Source of the DNA: Phycisphaeraceae bacterium
GTDB taxonomy: Bacteria; Planctomycetota; Phycisphaerae; Phycisphaerales; SM1A02
Direction: 5' to 3'
NCBI GenBank assembly: GCA_019636755.1
Contig: JAHBWZ010000008.1
Coordinates: 103,900-167,899 of the forward strand
DNA length: 64,000 bases
The position numbers and the translations under genes were made by a program. The notes under the pieces are model-generated. The model was given only the letters and a program-made list of their open reading frames with translations. It was not told the DNA's origin and did not search any database. Of this stretch, positions 45,801 to 54,543 are shown piece by piece (the stretch's first letter is position 1; each line of letters starts with the position of its first letter).

Positions 45801-45924
45801 CCGCCGCCGCCCGCCGCCGCGCGTTCGCCGTCACGCGGCCCCGCTGAATCTCAGCCCGATCCTCGGCCAGCCGGCCATGCGCCGGCGCAGAGCACTGCGG
45901 GGACGTCGTTCGTCGAGCGCTTAC

Positions 45925-46440
45925 CGCTCGCTCGCTCGCTCGATGTCTCTTCGGGGACCACGGTTGGCGTCGGGTCTCGATGATCATGTGGCTTTCCCTC
46001 CGGGGGGCGCGAGCGCAGGGGGGGCTGAGGCCCCCCCTGCAACCCCCTTGCGCGCATGAAGGTGGCGGTGGTCAGCCGGCGCGCGAGTGGTGGTGGCATC
46101 GCGCATTGAGTTCAGGGGCGCGCGCCGAGGACCTCTGGCGCCGATGGCGCGTCCGCGACCGATGTATTGCGTGCGAAGTCGTTCCCGGGATCATCCATCC
46201 GCGAGGGGGGTTGCAGGGGGGCGCTTCAGCCCCCCTGCGCGTGCGCGTCCAGAAGGCGATGGCATGCCCCGCAGTGCCTGCGCGCAGGCGGTCGCGCCGA
46301 GGAAGTCGGCCTCGGGACGCGTCTCTGACATGGACGGCACGTCGATGAACGGCCGAGCGCGCGCCAACGCGTGTCCGGGATCGTCCATTCGCCGGGGGGG
46401 GTGCAGGGGGGCGACGCAGCCCCCCTGCGCTCGCGTGCGC
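45925..46440. repeat. Tandem array (right part) of the composite repeat units, resuming exactly where the IS66 element interrupted unit 3
   Basis: CGCTCGCTCGCTCGCTCGATGTCTCTTCGGGGACCACGG... continues unit 3. Hairpins at 46015-46040 (A-type), 46213-46238 and 46403-46428 (B-type). Unit 4 starts near 46143. Confidence 0.85.
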
Positions 46441-46638
46441 TGTTCCAGGAGTCCTGAAGGCGCTGTCCGGATGCCTGGTACGCGGCCCATCCGGTCGCAG
46501 GGGCTCGCCCCCCGGCGGATTCTGTGCACGAATCCACTGAATTCCTGTCCGGGTTCCGCCGCCGCCGTCGGCCCTGGTCCCGGTCGACCGGTCCTGCGCA
46601 GGCCGGGCGCCCCCGGCCCTGACCAGGAGTGATCGCAC

Positions 46639-49557
46639 ATGCTCGCCCGGCTCGTTCTTCTCGTGGTGCTCTCGGTCGTGATCCCGCGGACCGTGGCGGC
46701 CGGCCCGCCCGGCCCCGGTGCATTCACGTTCCAGGGCCAGCTCCGTCAGGACGGGGCGCCCGTCACCGGGCCGGTGGACCTGCGGTTCCTCCTGTACGAC
46801 GCGCTCGTCGACGGCGACCAGGTCGGGGAGACGCTGGTCGCCCCGGCATTCGGCGACTTCGACGACGAGGGGCGGTTCACGGTCGACCTCGACTTCGGTC
46901 CGGACGCCTTTCCCGGTGGTCCGCGCTGGCTGGAGATCCAGGTCGGCGACACGGTGCTTTCGCCCCGGCAGCCCATCATGCCCGCGCCCTACGCGATGCG
47001 CGCCCTCGCCGTCACCGCCGTGGCGGACGGTGCCCTCTCCGGCATGTACTCGAATCCGATCGCGCTCAGCAACCCGGCGAATGCGTTCTCCGGGTCAGGT
47101 GCGGGCCTGACGGACCTGAGCGCCGCCGCGATCACCACCGGCATCCTCGGCGGCGCGCATCTGGCCGGTGCGTATCACCAGGCACTCTCACTGACGAACG
47201 TGAACAACGTCTTCGCGGGCGACGGTTTCGCGCTGACCGGCCTGAACGCCGCGGCGCTGACCGGCGTCCTGCCGGACGGCGCGCTGGCGGGCGCCTACAG
47301 CGGCGCGGTGTCCTTCACCAACCCGGCGAACAGCTTTGCCGGCAGCGGCGCGGGACTCACCGCGCTCGACGCCGGGCACATCACGACGGGCGTGCTGACG
47401 GAGGCACGCCTGCCCGCGACCCTGGTGGATCGGCTTCCCACGGTCATCCCCGGAGACGCGGTTGCCCTGGCCAGTATCGGGCCGGGCGGCAACCACGTCG
47501 GCGCCATGGCGATCGCGGGGCCGTACGCGGCGATCTCGCGCGACGGTCCCGCCCCGGGCGATCCCAGGTTCGTCGTCTATGACATGACCGACCCCTCGTC
47601 GCCCGTTCAACTGGGATCCATCGCGTCCGCCATGCACGCCCGCGCCGCCGCGGCGCTCACGGAGTCGCTCATCGCGGTGCTGCATGCAGGCAACGTGGTC
47701 CGCCTGTTCGACATCGCGAATCCCGCGGCTCCCGCCCTTGTCGCCACGCAGACGCTCGGCGCCAGCCCCATGATGATGCTGCGGACGTGCATGGCCGCGG
47801 ACGGCGTCCTGTACGTGCTGGACGACTCTGCCGGAACCGTCGTGTCCTTCGCGCTCACGGCGCAGCCCGAGCCGCTCCAGCTCATCAACTGGGCCCAGAC
47901 GACGTCGGGGCCCAGGGCCCTGGCGTGGACCGGGACCGACTGCTGCGTCGTCACGGCGGCGGGCCGGCTCGAGGTCTACCGAACGCAGGACCTGACGCCG
48001 ATGTCGGTCACGCAGATCGTCGGATCGCCGGTCGCGATCGCCGCCCGGGGCGGATACGTCTTCGTCCTCAGCGAGAACCCGGACGTGCTGCTGACCTTCA
48101 AGATCGCCGTCGACGGCGTGCCCATCTCCATCGGACAGGTGCCGGTCGAGCCCGGGTCCCAGCACATCGCGGTCGGGGGGAACATCGCGGCGGTGGTCTC
48201 CGCCGATGCGCTGCGACTGCAGGTCTTCGAGGTGTCCGTCGCCAGCCTGGCCGCACCGGTCCTGCTGGACAGCGTGCCGGTCAGCGCGTCTCCGCGCACC
48301 CTGGCGATGGATGCAGACACGATCTACCTGGCCGGCGGGCCCGCCAGCTTCCTCCGGACGTTCGGCCTCGATCCGGTGCTCCGGTTCACGGCGCCGGTCC
48401 TGGCGTCCGCGGGCCTGTCCGGTAGCGGCACCGCCCTGACCGGACTGAACGCGTCGAGCCTGGCCAGCGGCACGGTCGGCGGAGGACGCCTCTCCGGCAC
48501 CTACGGCAACGCGCTCTCATTCACGAATGCCGGCAACACCTTCGCCGGCGACGGCGGCGGACTCACGGGGCTCGATGCATCCGGCGTGAGCGCCGGCACG
48601 CTCAGCGATGCGCGCCTGTCCGCCAACGTCGCGCTGCTCTCCGGCGCGCAGACCTTCAGCGGCGCCAAGACGTTCTCGAACGCGGGCAACGTCTTCACGG
48701 GCAGCGGCGCCGGGCTGACCTCGCTCAACGCCGCGAGTGTCAGCAGCGGGACGCTCAACGCCGCGCGGCTGCCCGCCTCGGGCAACTGGCAGCCGTCGTC
48801 GACGGTCTCCATCGCCGGAAGCGCCTTCGCGGTCAGCCCGTCGAGCGGCGGCCGGGTCGGCGTGGGCACCACGTCGCCGCTGCTTCCGATGGATGTCCAT
48901 GCATTCGGGAACCACGTGGCCCGGCTGCTCAGTCCGTCGACGATCGGCACGTGGCTCAGCCTGGCCAATACCTCCACCGGCGGCAATCACTGGCGGATCA
49001 TCTCGTCGGGACAGGCCAACGGCGAAGGAAGCGGTCACCTGCTCTTCGCGCACTCCCCGGACCTCAACGACGGCGTGGCCACCCGCGTCGTCATGCGGAG
49101 CGACGGTACCGTCGGGATCGCCACGGCCGAGCCGTTGTTCACGCTGCACGTCAATGGCAGTGCCGGAAAGCCGGGCGGAGGATCGTGGTCAACGGCGTCC
49201 GACGCCCGGCTCAAGCACCGGGTCGAGCCGCTCCGCGGCATGCTCGATCGGCTGCTCCGGCTCCAGGGCGTGTCGTTCGAGTACATCGATCCCGACGCCG
49301 TGAGCGAACTGCATGGCACGCGGACCGGGCTGCTCGCGCAGGACGTGGCGCAGGTCTTCCCGGACTGGGTGGAGAAGGGCGCGGACGGCTACCTCCGACT
49401 GACGATCCGCGGCTTCGAGGCGATCATGGTGGAGGCCACGCGCGAGCTCCGCGCGGAGAAGGACGCGGAGATCTCCGCGCTGCACGAGCGGATCGATCGG
49501 CTGGAGGCGCTGGTACACCGGCTGGCCGGCGCCGCGGGAACTGGAGGTGCGCGATGA
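46639..49557 (+). CDS. Secreted tail-fibre-like protein: fibre-repeat regions flanking a beta-propeller (LVIVD-like) insert, with C-terminal endosialidase-chaperone (peptidase S74-like) domain
   Basis: AGGAG RBS. Signal MLARLVLLVVLSVVIPRTVAAG. Repeats ...FTN(P/A)(A/G)N.FAG.G.GLT.L.A... on both sides of aa ~270-560. C-terminus SDARLKHRVEPLRGMLDRLLRLQGVSFEY...GLLAQDVAQVFPDWV...IRGFEAIMVEATRELRAE. Confidence 0.8.
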   Translation: MLARLVLLVVLSVVIPRTVAAGPPGPGAFTFQGQLRQDGAPVTGPVDLRFLLYDALVDGDQVGETLVAPAFGDFDDEGRFTVDLDFGPDAFPGGPRWLEIQVGDTVLSPRQPIMPAPYAMRALAVTAVADGALSGMYSNPIALSNPANAFSGSGAGLTDLSAAAITTGILGGAHLAGAYHQALSLTNVNNVFAGDGFALTGLNAAALTGVLPDGALAGAYSGAVSFTNPANSFAGSGAGLTALDAGHITTGVLTEARLPATLVDRLPTVIPGDAVALASIGPGGNHVGAMAIAGPYAAISRDGPAPGDPRFVVYDMTDPSSPVQLGSIASAMHARAAAALTESLIAVLHAGNVVRLFDIANPAAPALVATQTLGASPMMMLRTCMAADGVLYVLDDSAGTVVSFALTAQPEPLQLINWAQTTSGPRALAWTGTDCCVVTAAGRLEVYRTQDLTPMSVTQIVGSPVAIAARGGYVFVLSENPDVLLTFKIAVDGVPISIGQVPVEPGSQHIAVGGNIAAVVSADALRLQVFEVSVASLAAPVLLDSVPVSASPRTLAMDADTIYLAGGPASFLRTFGLDPVLRFTAPVLASAGLSGSGTALTGLNASSLASGTVGGGRLSGTYGNALSFTNAGNTFAGDGGGLTGLDASGVSAGTLSDARLSANVALLSGAQTFSGAKTFSNAGNVFTGSGAGLTSLNAASVSSGTLNAARLPASGNWQPSSTVSIAGSAFAVSPSSGGRVGVGTTSPLLPMDVHAFGNHVARLLSPSTIGTWLSLANTSTGGNHWRIISSGQANGEGSGHLLFAHSPDLNDGVATRVVMRSDGTVGIATAEPLFTLHVNGSAGKPGGGSWSTASDARLKHRVEPLRGMLDRLLRLQGVSFEYIDPDAVSELHGTRTGLLAQDVAQVFPDWVEKGADGYLRLTIRGFEAIMVEATRELRAEKDAEISALHERIDRLEALVHRLAGAAGTGGAR

Positions 49558-49964
49558 ATGTATCGCTGATGCTCGGCGCGATCATCGGCCTGGGCGCCGC
49601 CGCCGCGTTCGACGGGCCCGCCGGATATGACCTTGCGTGGTCTGCGGTCGCCGGTGGCGGCGGCACGTCCGCCGCCGGCACGCTCGTCCTCTCGGCCACG
49701 ATCGGCCAGTGGAGCGCGGGCGCGATGTCGGGCGACGCGTTCTCGCTGGTCGGCGGCTTCTGGTCCGGAGGCACCGTCGGCGCGCCGCCGTGCGCCGCGG
49801 CGGACCTGGACTGCGACGGTTCGGTGGGGTTCGGCGACCTGCTGCGGCTGCTCAGCGCCTGGGGCGCGTGCGCTGACTGCGCCGCGTGCCCGGCGGACCT
49901 GGACGGCGGCTGCACCGTCGGGTTCGAGGACCTGCTGCTGCTGCTGAGCGCGTGGACCGGATGA
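49554..49964 (+). CDS. Small secreted protein with a GGFW-type motif and two C-terminal dockerin-like modules, translationally coupled to the tail-fibre-like gene
   Basis: The ATG overlaps the upstream stop (ATGA). MNVSLMLGAIIGLGAAAA signal. YDLAWSAVAGGGGTSAAGTLVLSATIGQWSAGAMSGDAFSLVGGFWSG. CAAADLDCDGSVGFGDLLRLLSAWGAC...CPADLDGGCTVGFEDLLLLLSAWTG. Confidence 0.7.
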   Translation: MNVSLMLGAIIGLGAAAAFDGPAGYDLAWSAVAGGGGTSAAGTLVLSATIGQWSAGAMSGDAFSLVGGFWSGGTVGAPPCAAADLDCDGSVGFGDLLRLLSAWGACADCAACPADLDGGCTVGFEDLLLLLSAWTG

Positions 49965-49999
49965 TTGCGCGGCGCGCCGGCCTCCAGCGCGCCGGACGA

Positions 50000-50467
50000 T
50001 CACGCGCCGGCGCCGGCGCCGGCCTGCGGGCCGAGCGCGTCGCCCAGGACGTGCCAGGGCAGGGTGGCGCACTTGACGCGCATCGGGAATCGTCGCACGC
50101 CCGCGAGCGCCGCGGCGTCGCCGAGGTCGGGGTCCGGCAGGGCGTCGTCGGCCCCCGGAACCGGTTCGCCGGTCAGCAGGGCCCGGAACGCACCGAACAG
50201 CCGCGCCGCCTCGGCGATCGTCAGACCGCGCACGCGCTCCGTCATCATCGACGCGGAGGCGGTGCAGATGGCACACGCCGTCGCGTCGAAGCGCGCATCG
50301 ACGATCCGGCCGTCCTCCAGTTCGAGCAGTACCGTGACGCGGTCGCCGCAGAGCGGATTGTCCCCCTCGGCGCGGCGATCGATGCGATCGGGGACGCCCT
50401 GGTTCCGCGGATCCCGGCTGTGATCCATCAGGAGTTCGCGATAGAGGTCGGCAAGGTCGTCCGTCAT
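50000..50467 (-). CDS. sufU: SufU/IscU-like Fe-S cluster assembly scaffold/sulfur acceptor
   Basis: LYRELLMDHSRDPRN, NPLCGDRVTV and ATACAICTASASMM (three conserved Cys contexts). The start overlaps the sufS stop. Confidence 0.85.
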   Translation of the reverse strand: MTDDLADLYRELLMDHSRDPRNQGVPDRIDRRAEGDNPLCGDRVTVLLELEDGRIVDARFDATACAICTASASMMTERVRGLTIAEAARLFGAFRALLTGEPVPGADDALPDPDLGDAAALAGVRRFPMRVKCATLPWHVLGDALGPQAGAGAGA

Positions 50468-51729
50468 CCGAGCAGCTCCCGGACGCGGTCGAGCCCCGCG
50501 ACGAGGGCGTCGATCTCGTCCCGTGTCGTGTGCATGGCGATCGACGCGCGGAGCAGCGCCGGGACGCCGAGGCGCGTCATCAGCGGCTGGGCGCAGTGAT
50601 GCCCGGCGCGCACCGCGATCCCCAGCGTGTCGAGCACGGTCGCGGCGTCGTGCGGATGGACGCCGTCCAGGGCGAAGGAGAACACGCCGATGCGATCCTT
50701 CGACCGCGGCCGGTCCGGGCCGTACAGCCGGAGCCCCGGCACCGCAGCCAGCGCGGTGAGCGCGTGCGCCGTGATGTCCGCTTCATGCGTTCGGATCGCC
50801 TCCTGGCCGATCGAGTCGATGAAGTCGAGCGCGGCGTGCAGTCCGACCGCGCCCATGATGTCGGGTGTGCCTGCCTCGAATCGCTGCGGCGGGTCCGCGA
50901 AGGACGTGCCGCTGAACGAGACGCGCCGGATCATGTCGCCGCCGCCCTGCCAGGGGGGCATCGAGTGCAGGAGGTCCCGGCGGCCGTACAGCGCGCCGAT
51001 GCCGGTCGGTCCGTAGACCTTGTGGCTGGAGAACGCATAGAAGTCCGCGCCCAGCGACCGGACATCGACCGCGCCGTGCGGCACCGCCTGCGCACCGTCG
51101 ATGACGGAGATCGCGCCGGCGGCGCGGGCGAGCTGCGTGATGCGCGCGACGTCGTTGATCGTCCCGAGCACGTTGGACGCATGCGTCATCGCCACGATGC
51201 GCACGCGTTCGTGCGCCAGCAGTCGCTCCAGCGCGTCGAGGTCGACCGCAATGCCGTCGGCCAGCGGGACGGGGACGACGCGCGCGCCGCGTTCGCCGGC
51301 GATGATCTGCCACGGCACGATGTTCGCGTGATGTTCCATCTCGGAGACCAGCACGACATCGCCCTCGCGCAGCGTCATCCGCCCGTACGACCATGCGACG
51401 AGGTTGATCGCCTCGGTGGTCCCGCGGACGAAGACGATCTCGTCCTCGCCGGCGCCCAGCCAGCCGGCCACCCGGCGCCGGGCGCCCTCGAGCGCATCGG
51501 TGGCCTCACCGGCGAGCCGGTGCACGCTGCGCCGCGCGTTCGCGTTCGAGGTCCGCAGGAAGCGGTCCATCGCGCGGAGCACGGGTTCGGGTTTCTGCGA
51601 GGTGGCCGCGGCGTCCAGCCAGACGAGCCCGGTCCCCTCCGGCGCCTCGGCGGGCCCGCCGCCGGCCGCGAAGCGGCGCTCGAGGATCGGGAACCGGCGT
51701 CGGATGGCGTGAACGTCGAAGGGTGACAC
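50464..51729 (-). CDS. sufS: Cysteine desulfurase, SufS-like (class V aminotransferase)
   Basis: WLDAAATSQKP, MEHHANIVPW, PLP-Lys context FYAFSSHKVYGPTGIG, RAGHHCAQP. The track ORF to 53526 crosses tRNA-Leu, so an in-frame GTG at 51729 (VSPFDVHAIRRRFP) is proposed as start. Confidence 0.88.
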   Translation of the reverse strand: MSPFDVHAIRRRFPILERRFAAGGGPAEAPEGTGLVWLDAAATSQKPEPVLRAMDRFLRTSNANARRSVHRLAGEATDALEGARRRVAGWLGAGEDEIVFVRGTTEAINLVAWSYGRMTLREGDVVLVSEMEHHANIVPWQIIAGERGARVVPVPLADGIAVDLDALERLLAHERVRIVAMTHASNVLGTINDVARITQLARAAGAISVIDGAQAVPHGAVDVRSLGADFYAFSSHKVYGPTGIGALYGRRDLLHSMPPWQGGGDMIRRVSFSGTSFADPPQRFEAGTPDIMGAVGLHAALDFIDSIGQEAIRTHEADITAHALTALAAVPGLRLYGPDRPRSKDRIGVFSFALDGVHPHDAATVLDTLGIAVRAGHHCAQPLMTRLGVPALLRASIAMHTTRDEIDALVAGLDRVRELLG

Positions 51730-51815
51730 GGAAGCCTGATGATCCGCGGTCGAGCGCGGTGCCTTGAGGGGACGGGCGCCGGCCGTCGCGTCCGGGGGTC
51801 CGGGGAGAAAGGAGA

Positions 51816-51898
<83 letters not shown>

Positions 51899-52080
51899 CG
51901 TCGGACACCCGCGGCCCGGGTGCGGCGAGGATTGTGGGAGGGCGGGGGCGTCCGGTCAAACGCGCCCGGGATCCGGCGATGTCGATGCATCCGGACCGGA
52001 CACGGCAGGCGGTGCATCCGGAGTAGACTTCGGACCGCCGATCCATCGCGATCGGATCCGGCCGGAAGGACTCCACTCGC

Positions 52081-53439
52081 ATGCCGCTCAACGCACACAC
52101 CGGACAGTTCGACCGTCCCGCGTCGCTCCGCCGCGCGTCGATCCGCGCCACCCTCGTCATCCTGCTCGCATTCGTCGCGGTCGCGGTCGGCGCGTTCCAG
52201 CTCGGTCGCCGGCAGGGCGATTCCGACGGCGCGCGGGAGGCGGCACCCGCGGGTCCCGGCGGCACGCCGGTTCGCCCCGGCGCCGCAGGAACCGCGGGCG
52301 AGCCGGTCGAGGGCGGTGGTCCGGCGCCCGCGCCGCGCCGCGTGGGCCCGCCCGCGCCCCCGCCTCCGGCGGGACGGGTGTATCCCCGCGATGCGGAGGG
52401 GAACATCGACATGGCCCGTCTCATCGAGCAGCGGATCGCCAGCGGCGAGACGCCGATCGATCCCCGCATGCAGGGGAACTCCGTCCGGTTCGAGCCTGCC
52501 GAGATGGTCATCGAGCCGGTCCGGTCCGGGTCCTTCCTGGACACGAGTTTCGACGTCGTGAACGACGGCGTGGCCACCCTCAGGGTCCTGGCGATGAAGC
52601 CGGACTGCAAGTGCACGACCATCGAGGATCTCGCCGGACGGGAGATCGGTCCGGGTGACCGGATCACGGTGCACGCCCGCATCGATGCGCGCCAGGCGCC
52701 GGCCAGCCAGACGAACCGGATCCAGTTCGTCTTCGAGAACCTCGGTCAGCGCGAGTACGTCATCCGCACGGAGGTCCATCGCGCGCTCATCGCCGACCCG
52801 CCGTTCCTGCGGATGGATTCGTCGCCCGCCGGGGACGTCGCGATCGCGTCGGCGGACGGCGCGCCGTTCCGGATCCTGCGCGCCGACGGCGCCGATCCGG
52901 TCTTCATCGGATTTGACCCGGCGACCGAGGCGCCGCGGAACACCTACCGGCTGGCATGGGATCTCTCCGCGTTCGATCCGGACACCTGCGTGGATCCGCG
53001 CGGGCGGACGATGCCGCGGTACTGGCTCGTCGAGACCGACCATCCCGAGATGCGCCTGGTGGTCCTGCCGGTCCGGCATGTGCCCTGCACGCTGCCCGAC
53101 CTGCCGAGCGCCGGCCGCCGGTGGTTCATGACCCCGGACTTCATCGTGCTCGATCCGCTGGCCGCCGGTGTCACGGAGGAGATCACCCTCCGGATGCGCT
53201 GGCTGCCGAACGCGTCGAAGACGGACCTGATCCGCTCGGCGACGACCACGTCGAACGCGATCGAGGTGGAACTCGGCGGGATGGCTCGGGCCGGAGCGGA
53301 GACGGACGTGCTCCTCCGCGTGCGTGCCACCCCGGGCTACACCGGTGTGTTCACCGCCGAGGTCCGCATCGATGGCATGTCGGAGGGCCAGAGCCAGCGC
53401 GTCACGATTCTCGGACGTGTGCCCGGTCCCGCCTCCTGA
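52081..53439 (+). CDS. Membrane-anchored protein with DUF1573-like (PapD/ASH-like Ig) domain
   Basis: 452 aa. TM IRATLVILLAFVAVAVGAF, Pro/Gly/Ala linker, then FDVVNDGVATLRVLAMKPDCKCTTIEDLAGREIGPGDRITVHARID, which resembles the DUF1573 N.G...L.I..v..sCgCt pattern. Confidence 0.6.
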   Translation: MPLNAHTGQFDRPASLRRASIRATLVILLAFVAVAVGAFQLGRRQGDSDGAREAAPAGPGGTPVRPGAAGTAGEPVEGGGPAPAPRRVGPPAPPPPAGRVYPRDAEGNIDMARLIEQRIASGETPIDPRMQGNSVRFEPAEMVIEPVRSGSFLDTSFDVVNDGVATLRVLAMKPDCKCTTIEDLAGREIGPGDRITVHARIDARQAPASQTNRIQFVFENLGQREYVIRTEVHRALIADPPFLRMDSSPAGDVAIASADGAPFRILRADGADPVFIGFDPATEAPRNTYRLAWDLSAFDPDTCVDPRGRTMPRYWLVETDHPEMRLVVLPVRHVPCTLPDLPSAGRRWFMTPDFIVLDPLAAGVTEEITLRMRWLPNASKTDLIRSATTTSNAIEVELGGMARAGAETDVLLRVRATPGYTGVFTAEVRIDGMSEGQSQRVTILGRVPGPAS

Positions 53440-53614
53440 TCCGTTCCGCAGGCCCCTCCGGAAGGCGCCCTCCCGGTGACATCGGCGGTCAAGTGCGCCC
53501 GCGATCGGGTCGATGCCGACCGGCACGCACGCCGGCGTCCCGAGCGTCCCGGCGGACGCCCTGGACGCGCGTCATGCGCCGTGACCGCGGTGGTCGCGGG
53601 TGCCGGACCGGACC

Positions 53615-54118
53615 ATGGACGCAAGCACCATCACGCCCTACATCGACTCGACGCGGGACGTCTTCCGGACGATGCTCGGCCTGCCCGTGACCTGCGGATG
53701 CCCGGTCCATGTGCGGAAGGTCGGCGCCGGTGACGCGGACGTGTCCGGGATCATCGGCATGTCCGGGGATGTCCGGGGGACGGTGGTGCTGGCGTTTCCG
53801 ATGGCGACCGCCATCGGCGTGGTGAGCCGATTCGCGGCGTGTTCGCCGGACCCGGAGTCCGATGACTTCGCCGATGCCGTCGGAGAGCTGGTCAACATGA
53901 TCTCCGGGGCCGCCAAGGCGAAGTTCGACGGGCGGATCGTGAGCATCTCCTGTCCGTCGGTCATCCTCGGCCGCGGGCATCGCATTCAGCAGATGAGTGA
54001 TTCGATCGCCACCCGGATTCCCTGCGGATCCGAGTGCGGTCCGTTTGCGGTGGAGGTCGCGATCAGGGTGGCGATCCCGGCCGTCGCCGATGTCGAGGCA
54101 CGGCGCCTCAGCGCCTGA
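53615..54118 (+). CDS. cheX: CheX-like chemotaxis phosphatase
   Basis: ITPYIDSTRDVFRTMLGLPV...DVSGIIGMSGDVRGTVVLAF...AVGELVNMISGAAKAKF. An alternative GTG start at 53600 is possible. Confidence 0.7.
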   Translation: MDASTITPYIDSTRDVFRTMLGLPVTCGCPVHVRKVGAGDADVSGIIGMSGDVRGTVVLAFPMATAIGVVSRFAACSPDPESDDFADAVGELVNMISGAAKAKFDGRIVSISCPSVILGRGHRIQQMSDSIATRIPCGSECGPFAVEVAIRVAIPAVADVEARRLSA

Positions 54119-54140
54119 TCCAGTGCGGAGAAGTCACGCG

Positions 54141-54512
54141 ATGCGAGTCATGCTCATCGACGATTCGAGGACGATGCGTTCGATCCAGCGGAACATCCTG
54201 ACGCAGATCGGCTGCTCCGCACTGGAGGAGGCGTTCGACGGCCAGGATGCGCTGAGCAAGGTCAATGCATTTCAGCCCGATCTGATCCTCTGCGACTGGA
54301 ACATGCCGGTGATGGACGGCATCGCATTCGTCCGGTCGTACCGCGCGGGTGGGCATCGCACGCCGATCATCATGGTGACGACCGAAGCGGAGAAGACGCG
54401 TGTCATCGATGCGATCAAGGCGGGCGTGAACAACTACATCATCAAGCCGTTTACGCCGGAATCGCTCTCGCAGCGCGTCCGGGAGACCCTCGAGCGCGCC
54501 CGCGCCGCGTGA
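54141..54512 (+). CDS. Single-domain CheY-like response regulator
   Basis: GGAG RBS. MRVMLIDDSRTMR...DLILCDWNMPVMDG...PIIMVTTE...NNYIIKPF (acidic pocket DD, phospho-acceptor D, T and K all in place). Confidence 0.9.
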   Translation: MRVMLIDDSRTMRSIQRNILTQIGCSALEEAFDGQDALSKVNAFQPDLILCDWNMPVMDGIAFVRSYRAGGHRTPIIMVTTEAEKTRVIDAIKAGVNNYIIKPFTPESLSQRVRETLERARAA

Positions 54513-54543
54513 TCGCGGACGGGTGTCACAGGAGACCCGGGCC

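Larger units (their letters stand above)
43261..45924 (+). mobile_element. IS66-family insertion sequence (2664 bp) with intact terminal inverted repeats and 8-bp target-site duplication, but frameshifted/decayed tnpA-tnpB-tnpC
   Basis: IRL GTAAGCGTTCGACGAACGACGCC. IRR (reverse complement) GTAAGCGCTCGACGAACGACGTCC. Flanking direct repeats CGCTCGCT at 43253-43260 and 45925-45932. The three-gene IS66 order is recognisable only across several frames. Confidence 0.85.

Noticed and set aside
42300-46440. CRISPR array or integron attC cassette array as an explanation for the periodic repeats.
   Set aside because: The period is about 380-400 bp and the whole unit is repeated, so there are no unique spacers or cassettes. 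The hairpin modules are 45 bp and inverted relative to each other. No cas genes, leader or intI are in the window, and no GTTRRRY-type attC core was seen.
46639-49964. Prophage or tailocin remnant as the origin of the tail-fibre-like gene.
   Set aside because: No other phage-like genes (capsid, portal, terminase, sheath, baseplate, integrase, lysis) lie within the flanking 10 kb. The protein has a Sec signal peptide, which is typical of cellular surface proteins. A remnant cannot be fully excluded without the wider genome.
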